From Mobula hypostoma (taxonomy: Eukaryota): a stretch of DNA of 64,000 nt. Numbering within the stretch: position 1 is the stretch's first letter; every line of letters begins with the position of its first letter. A program made the translations under genes and the position numbers. The stretch is taken from the NCBI RefSeq assembly GCF_963921235.1, contig NC_086099.1, positions 59,086,001 through 59,150,000 of the forward strand. Direction: 5' to 3'. A model generated the notes under the pieces. It ran no database searches, had not been told where the DNA came from, and saw nothing but the letters and a program-made list of their open reading frames with translations. Of the stretch, positions 39,380-53,032 are shown piece by piece.

Positions 39380-41245
39380 CAACACCCATACGAAATGCTG
39401 GAGGAACTCAGTAGGCCAGGAAATTGAACAAACAGTTGATGTTTTGTGCTGAGACCCTTCATCAGGACTGGAAAGGAAAGAGGAAGATTCCAGAATAAAA
39501 ATGTGGGGGGAGGGGAAGGAGGACAATGTGGAAGGTGAGTGGTGAAGTCAGGTGGATAGGAAAGGTAGGAAAGGGCTGAAGAAGAAGGAATCTGATAGGA
39601 GGGGAGAGAGGACCATGGAGAATGGGAAGAAGGAGGTGATCAGCAGGTGAGGAGAAGACATAAAACACCAAAGTAGGGAATAGAAGAAGAGGGAAGGGGG
39701 AGGGGAAAAGGAAAAAGAAAATAAAAATTAACAGAAGGATAAATCTCATTAGGTTGTAGGCTACCTAAATGGAATATGAGGTGTTCCTCCTCCCCCTGAG
39801 AGTGGCCTCATCATAGCAAAAGAAGAGACCATAGAATGACATGACAGAATGTGAATAGAGATTGGAATTAACATGGTCGGCTACAGGGAAATTGCCAGAT
39901 GGAGCAGAGGTGCTCGACAAAGCAATGCCCCAAATTACGTTAGTTCTCATCAGTGCAGAGGAGGCCGCATCAGGAGCACAGGGTACAATAGATTTCGCGG
40001 GTGAAGTGTTGCCTCACCTGGAAGGACTGCTTGGGGCCCTGAATGGAGGTGAGAGAGGAGGTGAATGGGCAGGTGTAGCATTTCTCTCGTTTGCAGGAAT
40101 ACGTGCCAGGAGGGAGATTAGTGGGCAGAGACGAGTGAACAAGGGAATCACGGAGGGAGCAATCCCTAAAGAAGGTGGAGTGTGTGGTGGGATCCCTGAT
40201 GTGCTGGATGCTGAGGCTGATGGAGTTGGAGATGAGCGCGGATGTCCAGGAAACAGAGGAGATGTGGGTGAGGGCAGCATCAATGGTGGAGAAAGGGAAA
40301 CCTCGTTCTTGAAAGAAGGTCATTTCTGTTGTCCTGGAAAGGAAATCCTCATCCTGAGAGCAGATGTGGTGGAAATAAAGGAACTGAGAAAAGAGAATAG
40401 CATTTTTTCAGGATACAGGGTGGGAAGAGGTTTAGTCAAGATAGCTGTGGAAATTGGGAGGTTTATAAAAGATGTCGGGAGACAGTTTATCTCCAAAGAC
40501 AGAGAGATCAGGAAAGGAAAGAAAGGTGTCAGAAATGGACCAAGTGAATTTAAGGGCAGGGTGGAAGTTGGAGGCAAAGTTGATGAAATTAGCGAGCTCA
40601 GCATAGGTGCATGAAGTGGCACCAATGCAGTCATCAATGTATTGCAAAAGAGTTGGGGAGCATTACCATTGCAAGCTTGGAAGACTGACTATTCTACATA
40701 GCCAACAAAAAGGCATGCATAGCTGGGACCCGTGCGGGTGCCCATGGCTACCCTTGAGTTTGGAGAAAGTGGGAGGAGTCGAAGGAGAAATTGTTGAGGG
40801 TGAGGACCATTTCTGCTCGATAGAGGAGGGTTGTGGTGGAGGGGAAGTGGCTGGGCCTTTTGCTGAGAAAGAAGCAGAGAGCTTTGAAGACTTCTTAATA
40901 GGGGATAGAAATGTATCGGGACTGGACATCATTGTTGAAAATAAGGCGGTCAGGACCAGGGAATTGAAAGTTGTTGAGGAGTTTGAGACCATATGAGGTG
41001 TCATGGATGTAAGTCGAAAGGGTCTGAACCAAGGCAGATAGAATGAATTGAATTGACTTTATTACTTACATCCTTCACATTCATGAGGAGTAAAAATCTT
41101 TACATTACGTCTCCGTCTAAATGTGTCAACGTATGTGAACACAAGTTCAGTGGGGCAGGAGCAAGCAGAGACAATGGGCTTACACGGACAGTCAGGTTAT
41201 GAACCTTGGACAGGGGGTAGAAATGAGCAATGCAGGTTAAGGGAA
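39380..41245 (-). mobile_element. Penelope-like element (RT plus GIY-YIG region), 5'-truncated and decayed
   Basis: MGTR.GPSYA, QYIDDCIG...NFHPALKFT...FYKP RT motifs; CKREKCYTCP...FQVRQHFT...IYC linker and endonuclease; 3' terminal repeat with decayed hammerhead at 39434-39469. Confidence 0.88.
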
Positions 41246-43009
41246 CTTTTCTAATGCAGCAGTGTTTATAATTATTTAATGAGATACATTTTCCACTAAG
41301 CAGTTATTCAATTAAATAGCAACATATTGAACTATCCGAGTGAATGTTGTCTGTTCCTTTAGGAATCTAGGGCTTTAACGTTATTTTAAAGTTGTTGTTA
41401 CAGTCTTGTACATTTTCTTCTGGAAATGTTATCACTGAGAACATTCAAATGTATTTGTGAATAAAAGCAAAATACCGTGGATGCTGAAAATTAAAAGAAA
41501 ATGTGAATCCTTGACAGCTCAAACATGAACTTTCTTTTTTTCTTGGGACTAAGGAGGCAATGAAGTCAACCACATTTTAGTGGGTTTTCGGATATATCTT
41601 GGTTGACTGCATGGGGATGACAGATTTCCTTCCACGTAGGGCAATTGCGTTCCGGGTGGGGGAAGAAAAAAAATCTCAGGTTAATGACTTTTCATCAATT
41701 AGGTGAAACATTAACTCTTACATTTCTTCCTTTTGTGTTCAAAATCATGTTTGGCAGTATCAATGGTTAAAATTTGTTATCCTCCCACAGTACTCTATTA
41801 GTTATTTCTCATTTATAAGAAAAGGAATAAGGGATCAGGAGAGAAGTGCACTTTAGTTATGGAACAAGTGTGGAATTATCACCCAAAAGAATTAAGTATT
41901 TTACAAAATAAAATTATTAATTAATTGCAATTTGGTTAGTAAAACAAATCAAATTATAACTCATATGTTAACCAAAACAGATATAACTTGTACAAATTGT
42001 ACTTCTAGTGTATATTTAATATCCATGCATTCAAATGGTGCATAAAGAGTAAAATAAATTGCAGCACTTATTGATCAATACAAAGAAATATTGACCTATG
42101 TTAAATGAATATCGATAGCATTAGAAATAATGAGAACATCATTTATCTGTAAAGGATGGAGACATGCAACAGATCAAAAAAAAGCTGGTGGTATTTTAAA
42201 CAAAATTTTATGTAGTAAAAGTAACAATGTCTTCTATGAAAATTGAAAATAACCCAGGAAAATGAAAAACAAATAGCTGTTAGCAGCATGTCTATTTGAA
42301 TAATGTTGCTATTGATTTCTGGTGCGTTCCTATTATGTTGAAATGATGCTTCACTGCACAAGTTCCTTCTTTTCCAGGACTTCAGAACCACAGTGATCCC
42401 TTCCTCCCTGAACCTTTCCATCTTGTTGCAATCTTAATGTATTCAAGTTTAAAACTGGCATAATCAAAATATTGCTTTAAATTAATTTGTTTATCTTTGA
42501 CAGGTGTCTTGCTGTGTGTGAGATGGTTCTTACAACCACAGAGATTTTACTTTTAGTGATTTGACTTGAAATCTTACAGCAGAAAAGCAAGAAACAAAAG
42601 ATGTTTACCGTTTAGCATGCCAACTCGAGTAAATTGTGAAATACATGATTTTTGGTGTGAGGATAATAAAATGTTTTAAGAAGCAATGGCTATGATTCCA
42701 TAATTTACAGTATATATATTTAAGACTTGGAATAACATGATTAACATGGAGGATCAAAGCTCCTCTCTTTGGTATCGTATCAATGGATTTGTTTGATGAT
42801 ACTAATCTGAACAAAGGCCTCACCTTGTTTATGGTAAAAAAAAACCTATTAATCCATATTCTTGGGCAGCAGGCCTGAATTTTTCCACTATAATGTAGTT
42901 GAGTAAACATCCTCTGAGAGTGAAATTAACTTTGGGCCGTTTCTTAGAAGAACTAGAGCACGTCAATACTGTAAGTTTTTCATTCTAGGACAAATATTAC
43001 AGTGCCAAC

Positions 43010-44563
43010 CTGTTACAGTGGACTGAGACGTTTGAAAAAAAGCTGTGAGAAACAGTCGAATTTAACAGAAACAGCCCAGCATGTGCAGAGACATTGAGTT
43101 TTTAAAAAAGGCTGTAAGCAGAAGAATTCAGATTTCATAAAGACTGAGTACTGGGTTATAATAATCATAAAAAATCTGAAATGGCTGGCTACATCAGACA
43201 GATTGATGAGTTTGATTACACAATGGGTAATTGGCTCATGTATACTGAGCTATTGGTCTGGTATTTTGAAGCAAATGAAATTGCCAATGAGAAGCAAGTC
43301 CCAATTTTGCTCAGCGAATTGTTTTGTTTTGAAGTTTGACTGCTCTAACCAAACAATTAGAAATTAGCTTCGCTGCTATTGTAAAGGTGATGCAAGAACA
43401 CTTAGAACTGAAGCTATTGTTGATTTCAGAATGCTTTACGCTAAATCAAAAAGGAGTCCATTTCAGCATACATGGCTGAATTGAAGAGATTATCTGAGCA
43501 TTGTCAGTTCAGTGATTGTCTTAATGTTGCATTGAGATCGTTTAGTTTGAGGAATCTTACAAGAAAGCATTCAAAAATGGCTCTTAACTGAAGTGTATCT
43601 TACATTTAAAAGTACTCTTGAAATTGCTGTTTCAATGGAAAATGCAGGCAGAGAAGCAATTCAGTTGCAGTCAGCAATGAAAGTGAGGAAGAATAAAATT
43701 GCAGTGTCTAAACAGAAACCAGCTTGGCCAAACAAATTGTGTTACTATTGTGGCAGGGGTTCACATACACCAAAAAAAAATGCAGATTTAAAGGCAAAAC
43801 TTGCAGAAAATTCAACAAAGTAGGACACATACAAAGAACATGCCAGATAGACAAAAATAAATGGACTACACAGAGAAAAGAAAAAGATAAAATTTCAAGT
43901 TGCACTATTCTGCATGCTGTTGATGAAAGATCTGATAGTGATTAGATGGGCACAGGATCGTGTAGTCTTAAGATTTACTGTGTGAAAGCTAATAATAGAC
44001 AAACAATATAGCTTACACCAGAAGTGGATGGTAAAGCAATTAAAAATGAAATTGGAAACTGGTTCAGCTGTTTAATTCATTCCACAAAATGAGTTTGAAC
44101 AGCATTTCAAAGACATCAAACTGAAGCCTGCAAATCTCCAACTAAGAACTCATACTGGAGAAAAGGTAACTCCTGCGAGAATGACATTTGTAACTGTAAA
44201 ATACAACAACCAATAAGCCACATTGAGCTTCTCTGTGGTAAAAACAGGAGGACCAGAACTGTGGGGACATAACTGGCTGAAACAATTACAACTTGATTAG
44301 AGATCCATCCACCCCTTTACATGACACATCTCTTGCAATGAAGCCAACTTATTGTGAATTAAGAAAGGTACTGAATGGTGCCAACAATGTCTGTATGTTC
44401 TTTTAAATAATTCATTACAGGTTATATGCAAAAATGCTTTAATTACATATGTCATCTTGTGATACGTGCACACCTCACTTAAAGACAAAGCTACACCCAC
44501 ATTCCCAGTCTCCCATGTCTTCCTTTGAACTAATTTAATGTTTTGAAGGGTCAAAGCATAACA
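43010..44563 (+). mobile_element. Ty3/Gypsy LTR element remnant (gag, protease, partial LTR)
   Basis: MAGYIRQIDEFD...YFEANEI gag start, CYYCGRGSH knuckle, degenerate protease site MKLETGSAV; LTR end ...CATAACA at 44563. Confidence 0.8.
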
Positions 44564-47500
44564 GATGCAAGTCTAACATTGTTTTTACTTTAAGCAACAC
44601 GAGTGTGTATGATGCATGCAATTCACTTGTTTTTACATATAACTATAATTAATTATTTAAACAAACAAGAATACTTAATCAAACAATACATTTACAATAT
44701 TACTTAAATATTATTGAAATATTAAATACGCAACACTCCTCCCTGCTTAGCTATAAACTCCAACGCAATATGGAATGCATCTCAACTAATTCACAGTATA
44801 CTACATAATACAACTACCATACAGACATCCACAACACAGAACATTTTAAATTGCCCCATTCATGCCTAAAGATTCGAACACTGTGGAGGATTTCTTATTC
44901 CTGTGGAATAATGTCTTTCCTGATAAGGGGGATCAGTCTGCTGGCTGGTGAGGCTTGTGGCTGTGAAGCAGTCTCCAGTTCTGAGGCCTCCTCCGTGGTG
45001 CTTGTAGGAGTTGACTCTGACAGCTCTGGACACCTTGTTGGTTGTTGTATCTCACTGTTACACTGTCATACCCGCAGGAGTTATCTTTTCTCCAGTATCA
45101 GTTCTCAGCTGGATATCCGTAGGCTTCAGTTCAGTATCTTTGAAATGCTGTTCAAATTCATTCTGTGGAATGACTGAAATAGCAGAGAGAGTGTCCAATT
45201 CCATTATAATTAATTTGCCGTTTGCTTGTAATCGGCTGGGTTGATCAGATCCAAAGAATCCGAGTGTCCAGGAGATGTGGTAATAAGCATACAAGCACAA
45301 CAAAGCAACTTAAGTTTAATTTATTATCATAAAAATAAAAAGCACAAAACACACAAAATACCGCACAGTAGGTCACAAAGACTTCAATACTCATGATGCT
45401 TAGTCACCACTTAATTGTTGCTTTTGTCGGGGAAAATATGAATTCTGACTTACTTGTGAAACCACCCTTGGGATTGTGATTTCCTGTCAAGGTGAAGTCC
45501 AAAGAACCCAGGGAAAGGTAGCTCAATAAATACGAGTTCCACAAGCATAGAGAGACACACAGAGACAGGCAAACTCTTTGATCTTTTGTTCTCATGCCAT
45601 TAACCCAGCCTGGTTTCTCACATTCAAACATTATGTGTGTTCATTAACACAGAGTTCAGCATACCCTTTTAGACATAAAACCCTTTTACCCTTCTAGCAT
45701 ACCAATTAGACACTTTAATGGTCACTCTATCAGTCAGTCAGTCGGGAAAGTGGGAATGTACTCGAAGGCCTCAATGCGAAGAAACTTTGAGACAGGGTGT
45801 AAGCCAATGTTCGACTCCATTTTACCGGTTGAAATGTTCATTAATCACCAATTAAAGCATCAAAGAAGATTGAGACATTGAGGTGAATGCAGAAGGCGAG
45901 CAAGAGTTCAGCGTCAACTGCCTTCCTCTTGATCACTGCCAGAGAAGGAATCTGTGAGCAGCCTGCCACCGTGTGGCTCTCCCTGGCAGGCGGGTAGACT
46001 TCTCTACCTCGTGCAGCGTTCCCCTCTTTTGAAGAATGCCTGTGATAATCTTAGGATGGTATCGTGGTTCTGCTTTTATGGATTGGACTATTGCGTATAT
46101 GGACAGGAATTTTTCAGAATAATCGTTTTTATATTCTGTGTTTTTTAATCGCCCATTCCTTTTCCATTTTTTTGCGAGGGTAGAGCGTTTGGGGGTTGAC
46201 ATCTGTAGTGTTCCATTAGATTTTTTTGTCGGGGGAAGGGATTCTTTTTGGGGGTCGATGTTCCTCTTCCATTTTGGGCGGGGAGGCGGCTTTTGGAATT
46301 GATGGTCAGGATGCCGTTACTCTTTGTGCAATGTAGTGGGTTTGATGATTCTCTCGGAATGACTTTCATGTTCTGCCTTTGTTTCACGGCTATCTGGAGA
46401 AGACAGACTTCAGAGTTGTAAATGGATATATGTCTTGATAATAAATGAACCTTTGAATGTTTTGGACAATATTCCTTTGGTTACAAAAGAAAATTAATAT
46501 TACATATGTGATAAACTCGAATCCAGAGAAGCCATCAAGTCAATTTGACAGGCACTAAGAAAGAATCTGTCACCCAAGCTTTCAAAGTGACCAAAAGCAT
46601 TTAGTCATTAACAAGCATCCTCATGTTAATGGTGCCTATGACTAAGAAAGAATCCGGTTGCTATCAGCAAGCATTAGACATTAACAAACCTATAGTGTTT
46701 ACCATGTACAGATGCTCTAATGCTGCGAGCTCACAAAGGGTAAAATTGTAATTTTGAACTGTTCAGCCATTTATCCAGTGTTTTATAAAATTTAATACAT
46801 CACACTTATTTTGTTAGTTTTCACTCAGAAATCTCAAGGCAAATCAGTCTTGTGTCACTCTCATCATTATCAGGTTCTTCATCAACGGCATGAAGAATAG
46901 TGCTCTTTTTGAAACTGCAACTTGATTTTTTTTAATCTTTACCTCTTCCTTATGCAGTCCATTTATTTTGTCTGCCAACATGCTCTGTGCATGGGTCGTC
47001 TTTTGTTGCATTTTCTGCAAATTTCAACTTTAAATCTGAATTGGTCTGGTGTATACGAGCACCTGCCACAATGGTAACACAATTTGTTTGGCCAGGCCAG
47101 TTTCTGTTTAGAAGTTGCAATTTTGTTCTCACTCACTTTCATTGCTGACTGCAACTCAGTTGCATCTCTGTTTGCACTGAAACAGCAATTTCAACTGCTT
47201 TTTAAAGTGTACTTTGGTTTGGAGCCGTTTTTGAATTTCTTCTTATAAGATTCCACAAACTAACCAATCTCTCAGTGTCTCATTAAGCTGATTATTGAAC
47301 TGACAATGTTCAGATAATCTCGTCAATTCATCCATTTACACTGAAATTGATTCCCCTTCCTTCTGATTCTGCTGATGAAACCTAAAATGTTCTGCAATCA
47401 ACAATGGTTTTGGTTCTAAATGTCCCTGCATTACTTTCATGATATCAGTAAAGCTCACTTAGGCTGGCTTGGTTGGATCAGTCAAACTTCTAAGCAAACA

Positions 47501-48159
47501 GTATGCCTTAAAACCCAATGCACACAGCATAACTGGCACTCATTTCTCATTGGCTGTTTCATTTTGTTAAAATACAGCTCAATCCATTCAGTATACAAAA
47601 TCCAGTTATCCCTTGTGCAATCAAACACATCTATCTTCCTGATGTAGCCAGCTATTTCTGATATTTAAAAAATTGTGATTATTATCACCCAGTACTCAAA
47701 GTATACGAACCCGTGAATTTCTCTGTTTTCTGTCCTTTTTTAAATTCGATCGTCTTTTGCAAAGAAAATGGGCTACTCTGAAGAAAAAAATGTACTGCAC
47801 CTTTTTTTAAACTCAACCACTTTTTGCTGTGCTTTTTAAAAACTCAAACGTCTCACTGCACTTCAAAAGATAGGTAGTCATTTTGGGATTATTTTAAAAA
47901 TACCTCACCACCACTGTTATGTTTTGTAACTCTAAAATATTAAGCTAACTAAAAGAAAGACATGGAACCAGGGATGTGAGTCTAACTTCAATTTTACTTT
48001 AAGCGAGGCGTGTGCATATGACATGGTAATATCATGACATATATAATTCACTTATTTTCACATAACCCATAATTAAATATTTAACTGAACAAAAATGCTT
48101 AATCAAACAATATATTTACAATATTACTCAAATACTACTGAAATATTAAATACACAACA
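44564..48159 (-). mobile_element. Ty3/Gypsy element of the same family, internally deleted, with both LTRs
   Basis: 5' LTR 47915-48159 (TG...CA), PBS-like TGGTGGTGAGG next to it, gag ~47650-46850 (CYHCGRCS), protease MELDTLSAISVI at ~45200, polypurine tract AAGCAGGGAGGAG at 44736-44748, partial 3' LTR 44564-44735. Unrelated insertions occupy ~45230-46840. Confidence 0.82.
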
Positions 48160-48421
48160 CTGTGGTCATTTGATATTGCATCGTGCTTAGAATCAGAATC
48201 AGGTTTAATATCACTGGCATATGGCATGAAATTTGTTTACTTAGTGGTAGGAGTACATGTCAATGCATGATAAATATAGAAAATTTTTCTATATTTATGT
48301 ATATACACACTGTGTATATATTTATTAGTTAAATTAAAAGTGGTAGTGCAAAAGCAGAAATAATAATAAAGTGAGGTAGTGTTCATGAGAGCAAACAATT
48401 TTAAAATAGCATCAGTTGTAA

Positions 48422-48897
48422 AAAACACAAACATGAGGAAATCTGCAGATGCTGGAAATTCAAGCAACACACTCAAAATGCTGGTGGAATGCAGCAGGCC
48501 AGGCAGCATCTACAGGAAGAGATACAGTCGACGCTTTGAGCCAAGACCCTTTGTCAGGGCTAAATGAAAGAAGAGATAGTAAGAGATTTGAAAGTGGGAG
48601 GGGGAGAGATGGAGCTAAGAGCTGGAAGGTTTTTTTGATAAAAGGGATATGAGGCTGGATAAGGGGGAGGATCATGGGATGGGAGGCCCAGGGAGAAAGA
48701 AAGGGGGAGGGGAGCCTAGAGGATGGGCAAGGAGATATAGTGAGAGGGACAGAGGGAGAAAAGAGAGAGAGAAAACAAAAGGGATGGGGTACGAAGGGGA
48801 CGTGGGGCATTAACAGAAGTTAGAGAAGTCAATGTTCATGTCATCAGGTTGGAGGCTACCCAGACGGAATATAAGTTATTGTTCCTCCAACCTGAGT
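48422..48897 (-). mobile_element. Penelope-like 3' fragment
   Basis: Matches the 3' part of the 39.4-kb element (LEEQ.LIFRLGSLQPDDMNIDFS) plus the terminal repeat. Confidence 0.8.
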
Positions 48898-49430
48898 GTT
48901 GATAGTTAGCAAGTAATAAGCAGTAGTACAGTTCAGAACTCTTGCTCAAGCATTCAGGCTTGGAGATGCCAGAAACAGCCAGGAGTAAAATTGAAACAAT
49001 TTCGTTACTTCAAAGTTAGGAATTATGAAGAATTGGAAGGTATCTGTAATCATCTTGAAAGTTACAATGAGAATGAAGATTAGGGGGATGCAATGTTAAA
49101 AGCATTGTTTAGAGGCAGTCCATTGTCTGCACTAGGTGTCTGTGCTGATTTTGTTCATTTGATCAAAAGAACACAGCAGATACGGTGGATTAATTCCTCC
49201 ATCAATATCTATGAGGAAGTAATACACACAGTTTTATAGTGCTGTGGTAGTGTTCTAATTTGTTCTGTATTTCATTTAAATACATAATTTGTTACTCAGT
49301 TAAATGATAGTTTGTCTTTTTTTATACCTTTTTAACTATTTCCAAGAAGCTTCAGCTAATTGCATCAGCTGCTTAATTGAGCCAAAATATACTGGTCCCA
49401 ATGTGTTCCAATTAACCAGAATCCACTATA
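48898..49430. mobile_element. Tigger/pogo-like non-autonomous element fragment
   Basis: Terminal CCAATTAACCAGAATCCACTA-TA; homologous to the 34.9-35.85 kb copy. Confidence 0.55.
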
Positions 49431-49750
49431 ATTGTTTTTCAGCCTTGTGTTGTTCATTTCTCTGTTGTCTGAACAGAGACATTTTCCTATGAGTCTATAG
49501 TCATGTAGTTACAAATTGTACCTCTATAACTCATTCAGTAACCGATAGATCTAAACCCAAAATCAATGAATCTGAATCCTGGTGTACAATTTTGTCATGC
49601 CATTAAAGCTATAATGGAAACAGTTCATTCTCTAAAGTAAAGTATGCTTTGCTTCTTGAGATCTGTGATCTAATGTACAGCCAATAAATAGTTAATTGTG
49701 ATTATAATGGCATGAGATATACAAACTATCTTGAATATATTATGCTACTG

Positions 49751-50008
49751 TTATTTGCATATAGATAAACATATACAGTTATAAATATATAACACAAACA
49801 TATTCAAAGCAAGCATGCAGTCCCCTCTATTCATACTTGAACTTGTATCAATTAGAAAATCAGCATCAAAATTCACAAATGTGATCTTCTTGCCCAGGTA
49901 GTGACGATTAAGCTCCTGCAAACATCGGACAAATGTATACTTGGAAGCTGTACTGGAACTTTCCCAGCCATAAACTTTATCAAAGTGCATATCGAAGTGT
50001 GGATTATC
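49751..50008 (-). CDS. EXOC1L: EXOC1L coding exon 3 to stop (258 nt); total CDS 516 nt, 171 aa
   Basis: tttactag acceptor; DNPHFDMHFDKVYGWESSSTASKYTFVRCLQELNRHYLGKKITFVNFDADFLIDTSSSMNRGDCMLALNMFVLYIYNCICLSICK*. The spliced frame is open across all three exons. Confidence 0.92.
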   Translation of the reverse strand, partial: DNPHFDMHFDKVYGWESSSTASKYTFVRCLQELNRHYLGKKITFVNFDADFLIDTSSSMNRGDCMLALNMFVLYIYNCICLSICK

Positions 50009-51291
50009 CTAGTAAAACATGATAAAAATGATATTAGTTTTTATCAAATTATAATCAATCAGCTCATCTCATTTTAATTACTTCAAAAATATTTCTCATT
50101 CTTTGTTCCTTTTCTCAAAGGGAATTTTCTGCCCTCTTCAACTTTACTAAAATGAAGACAATCAAATTCTGGCATTTACATACTTTGATCATTTTGTACA
50201 AAGTATTTATTAACATTTCTGAGAAAAGTTGGCCAACCTCTTTCCAGAAATTCAGTCAGAAACCAGTAGAACTAAAGGGAATTTCATGGAAGTTCAACTG
50301 TACAAGTCTTCTATCATGCCTGTGCACAAATTCATTGCTCTCGTTTTATTTTTCAGTCTTTGTCCTGAAACATTATGTTTGCTTCTTTCCTACAAACACT
50401 GTCTGATCTGCAGAGTATCACGCATTTTGTTTTTATTTTAGCATGTCTTGTCCACCATAACTCCTAGATTGCAATATTTTCATGGTTCTTTAACTGGAGT
50501 TACAATGAGTTATGATGGTGTAATCGGTTCTGATGCTATGAAATTAAGATACATACATGGTAGAATCCCAGTGGAAACTAGAGTGAGACAGCCAAGAAAC
50601 AAGCCCTGAGGCTCTCTCCCCTCAAATATGCTACTATATTGGCCAGACCCTTACTTGTTTCTTTTGTATTCATTTGCAGCTTTGCTCTGAATTCTATTGC
50701 CTCAATTTATCTTTCATTATTCTAAAAAATTTCCATAAATTACTCTTCTAATTGTCAGTGAAGACTTGAAGTATATTTTAAACTATAAGTATTATGTAAA
50801 TGCATGTAATTGTTGTCATACCTATCACAAGTCACAGCCTCCTCAACCTACCCCTCTGTAATATATTTGCCAATGAACACCACACGAGCAGTCTCAGGTA
50901 GGAAGAATGCACTTCTAGTGGAATACCTCCAAACGACGAGAAAAGTCTAGGTCTGAATGAAGACAGAGGAGCAGGCCATTGTTTCCCTCAGTTAGTGGTC
51001 CCCCCTTAGGGGAGACATCTAAGCCTTCATCTTAGGACGAATGGTTCAAAGAGTTAGAACAAAATTGACCATATGGAATTAGCAAATAACACGAGGCATA
51101 AGCAACATACAGAAAATGCTGGAGGAACTCCGCAAGCCAGGCAGCATCTCTGGAAAAAGAGTACAGCCGACATTTTCAGCAGGACTAGAGAAAAAAAGAT
51201 GAGGAACCTGTTGTTTGTTCGGGAGACGCAGGGCCAGTTATTGAGTGTTATGTGTTGTATAATGAAAACGGTCGATACACCAGCCACTTAC

Positions 51292-51422
51292 TTGATTTGC
51301 TTCTTTTCCATCCACAAGTTTAAGATCTTCAAGATACCATGTAGTAATTTTTTCAAATTGTTCATTTTCACTTGAAATCATATTTTTCACAAATGTTATT
51401 TGCACTTCTTTGCAATTTGTTA
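51292..51422 (-). CDS. EXOC1L: EXOC1L coding exon 2 (131 nt)
   Basis: ttctcattctag acceptor; (V)TNCKEVQITFVKNMISSENEQFEKITTWYLEDLKLVDGKEANQ; caa|gtaagt donor. Same length and phases as the paralogous EXOC1 exon. Confidence 0.92.
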
Positions 51423-51558
51423 CTAGAATGAGAAGATAGTGCATTTAAACATCTTAAAATACAGCAGGTATGGTAAAAGAAATGTCGGTCAGATCCTGCC
51501 AAAGGGAGAAGTGGTGAAAGTAAGGCTAACCAAAAATTCATAGGTGTATTGTCTTGTA

Positions 51559-52178
51559 TGGGGGGTGATTGATAAGTTTGTGGCCTAAGGTAGACGTCGT
51601 CAATCTTAGAAAACCTAGCACATTTATTTTCAACATAGTCCCCTCCTACATGTACACACTTAGTCCAACAGTCGTGGAGCATACAGATCCCTTCTTTGTC
51701 GAAGTGATCCACAACAGGGGTGATTGATAAGTTTGTGGCCTAAGGTAGAAGGAGATGAGTTATTAATTTCAAACTTTCTGCATTAGCACTCAAAGAGTTG
51801 AACTGCACGTGCATGTAACAAGAGTGCCTTGGACCTCCAGGTGGGCCACAGCAGGGGCGATTGATAAGTTCGTGGCCTAAGGTAGAAGGAGATGAGTTAT
51901 ACCGCTCTTGTTACATGCCTGTGCAGTTCAACTCTGAGTGAAACTGCAGAAAGTTTGAAGTTAATAACTCATCTCCTTCTACCTTAGGCCATGAACTTAT
52001 CAATCACCCCTGCTGTGGACCACGTCTGGAGGTCCAAGACACTGACTTCTACAAAGAAGGGATCCGTATGCTCCATGACCGCTGGATTATGTGTGTAAAT
52101 GTAGGAAAAATAAATGTGCTGGGTTTTCTAAAATTGACTCCTTCTACCTTAGGCCACGAACTTATCAATCACCCCTCA
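51559..52178. mobile_element. Mariner-derived palindromic element with multiple TIR copies
   Basis: GGGGTGATTGATAAGTT(T/C)GTGGCCTAAGGTAGA forward at ~51562, 51717, 51854 and reversed ending ~52010, 52177. Transposase C-terminal remnants KEGI.MLHD.W.KCV.VGGDYVE on both strands; TA at the left end. Confidence 0.8.
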
Positions 52179-52669
52179 TTTGTAGTTCATGTGTCCTTCA
52201 TGTTCTCCCATAGTTTTACACAAGTACGCCCCTCCAAAAGTGGTCAGATTCAGTATTTATTGTACACATCCATAAGCCATAATATTAAAACCTCCTTTAC
52301 GAATAACAAGCTATAACAAAGTAATATGAAGTCAAGTTTTTATACAATGTTTTTCCTCAGTCTTATACATCCTCAGCCAGACTTTGACTGAAGTAACGTT
52401 TTAAATTGCTATGATTTATGGACGGTTTCAAACAAAGGGAAAGATGAGCATTCATTAATTCCAAAACAAAATTTTACAGAAATAAGACAGGAAAATCCTA
52501 GACATACATCATTTTCTGTGATCTACAAGGCAGAAAACTAACCATATATATCTTGCTTATGAAAAGCAGGGCAAATCTGACTAATTACCACCAATATGTC
52601 TCTACAGTCTCAATCATTAGCAAACTGATACTGTTTCTTTTCTCTGAATCTTGCTGATATATTTTGAAC

Positions 52670-53032
52670 TAGAATTTCAAGTTTCATAGTAAATTTACTA
52701 TCAAGGTACATATGCATAACCAAATACAACCCTGTGATTCATTTTCTTGTGGGCATACTCAATAAATCCATACCAGAGTCAATGAAAGACCGCGCCAACT
52801 TGGGCATTCAACTAGTGTGCAAATACAAAAGGAAAGAATAATAATAAATAAATAAATAAGCAATAAATATCAAGAACGTGAGATGAAGAGTCCGTGAAAG
52901 TGAGTCTATATGAGAACATTTCAATAATGGGGCAAGTGAAGTTGAATTTAGTTATCCCCTTTGGTTCAACAGCCTGATGGTTGAGCTGTAATAACTGTTC
53001 CTGAACCTGGTGGTATGAGTCCTGAGGCTCCA
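52670..53032 (-). mobile_element. Rex1/Babar-type LINE 3' fragment
   Basis: Reverse complement of the 3' UTR seen at 16270-16670. Confidence 0.7.

Noticed and set aside
39862-40614. 250-aa Gly/Glu-rich plus-strand ORF
   Set aside because: It is the antisense frame of the Penelope RT/endonuclease region, not a host gene.
51559-52178. Spaced ~33-bp repeats that superficially resemble a CRISPR array
   Set aside because: Eukaryotic context, repeats in both orientations, non-unique spacers, mariner transposase remnants and no cas genes.
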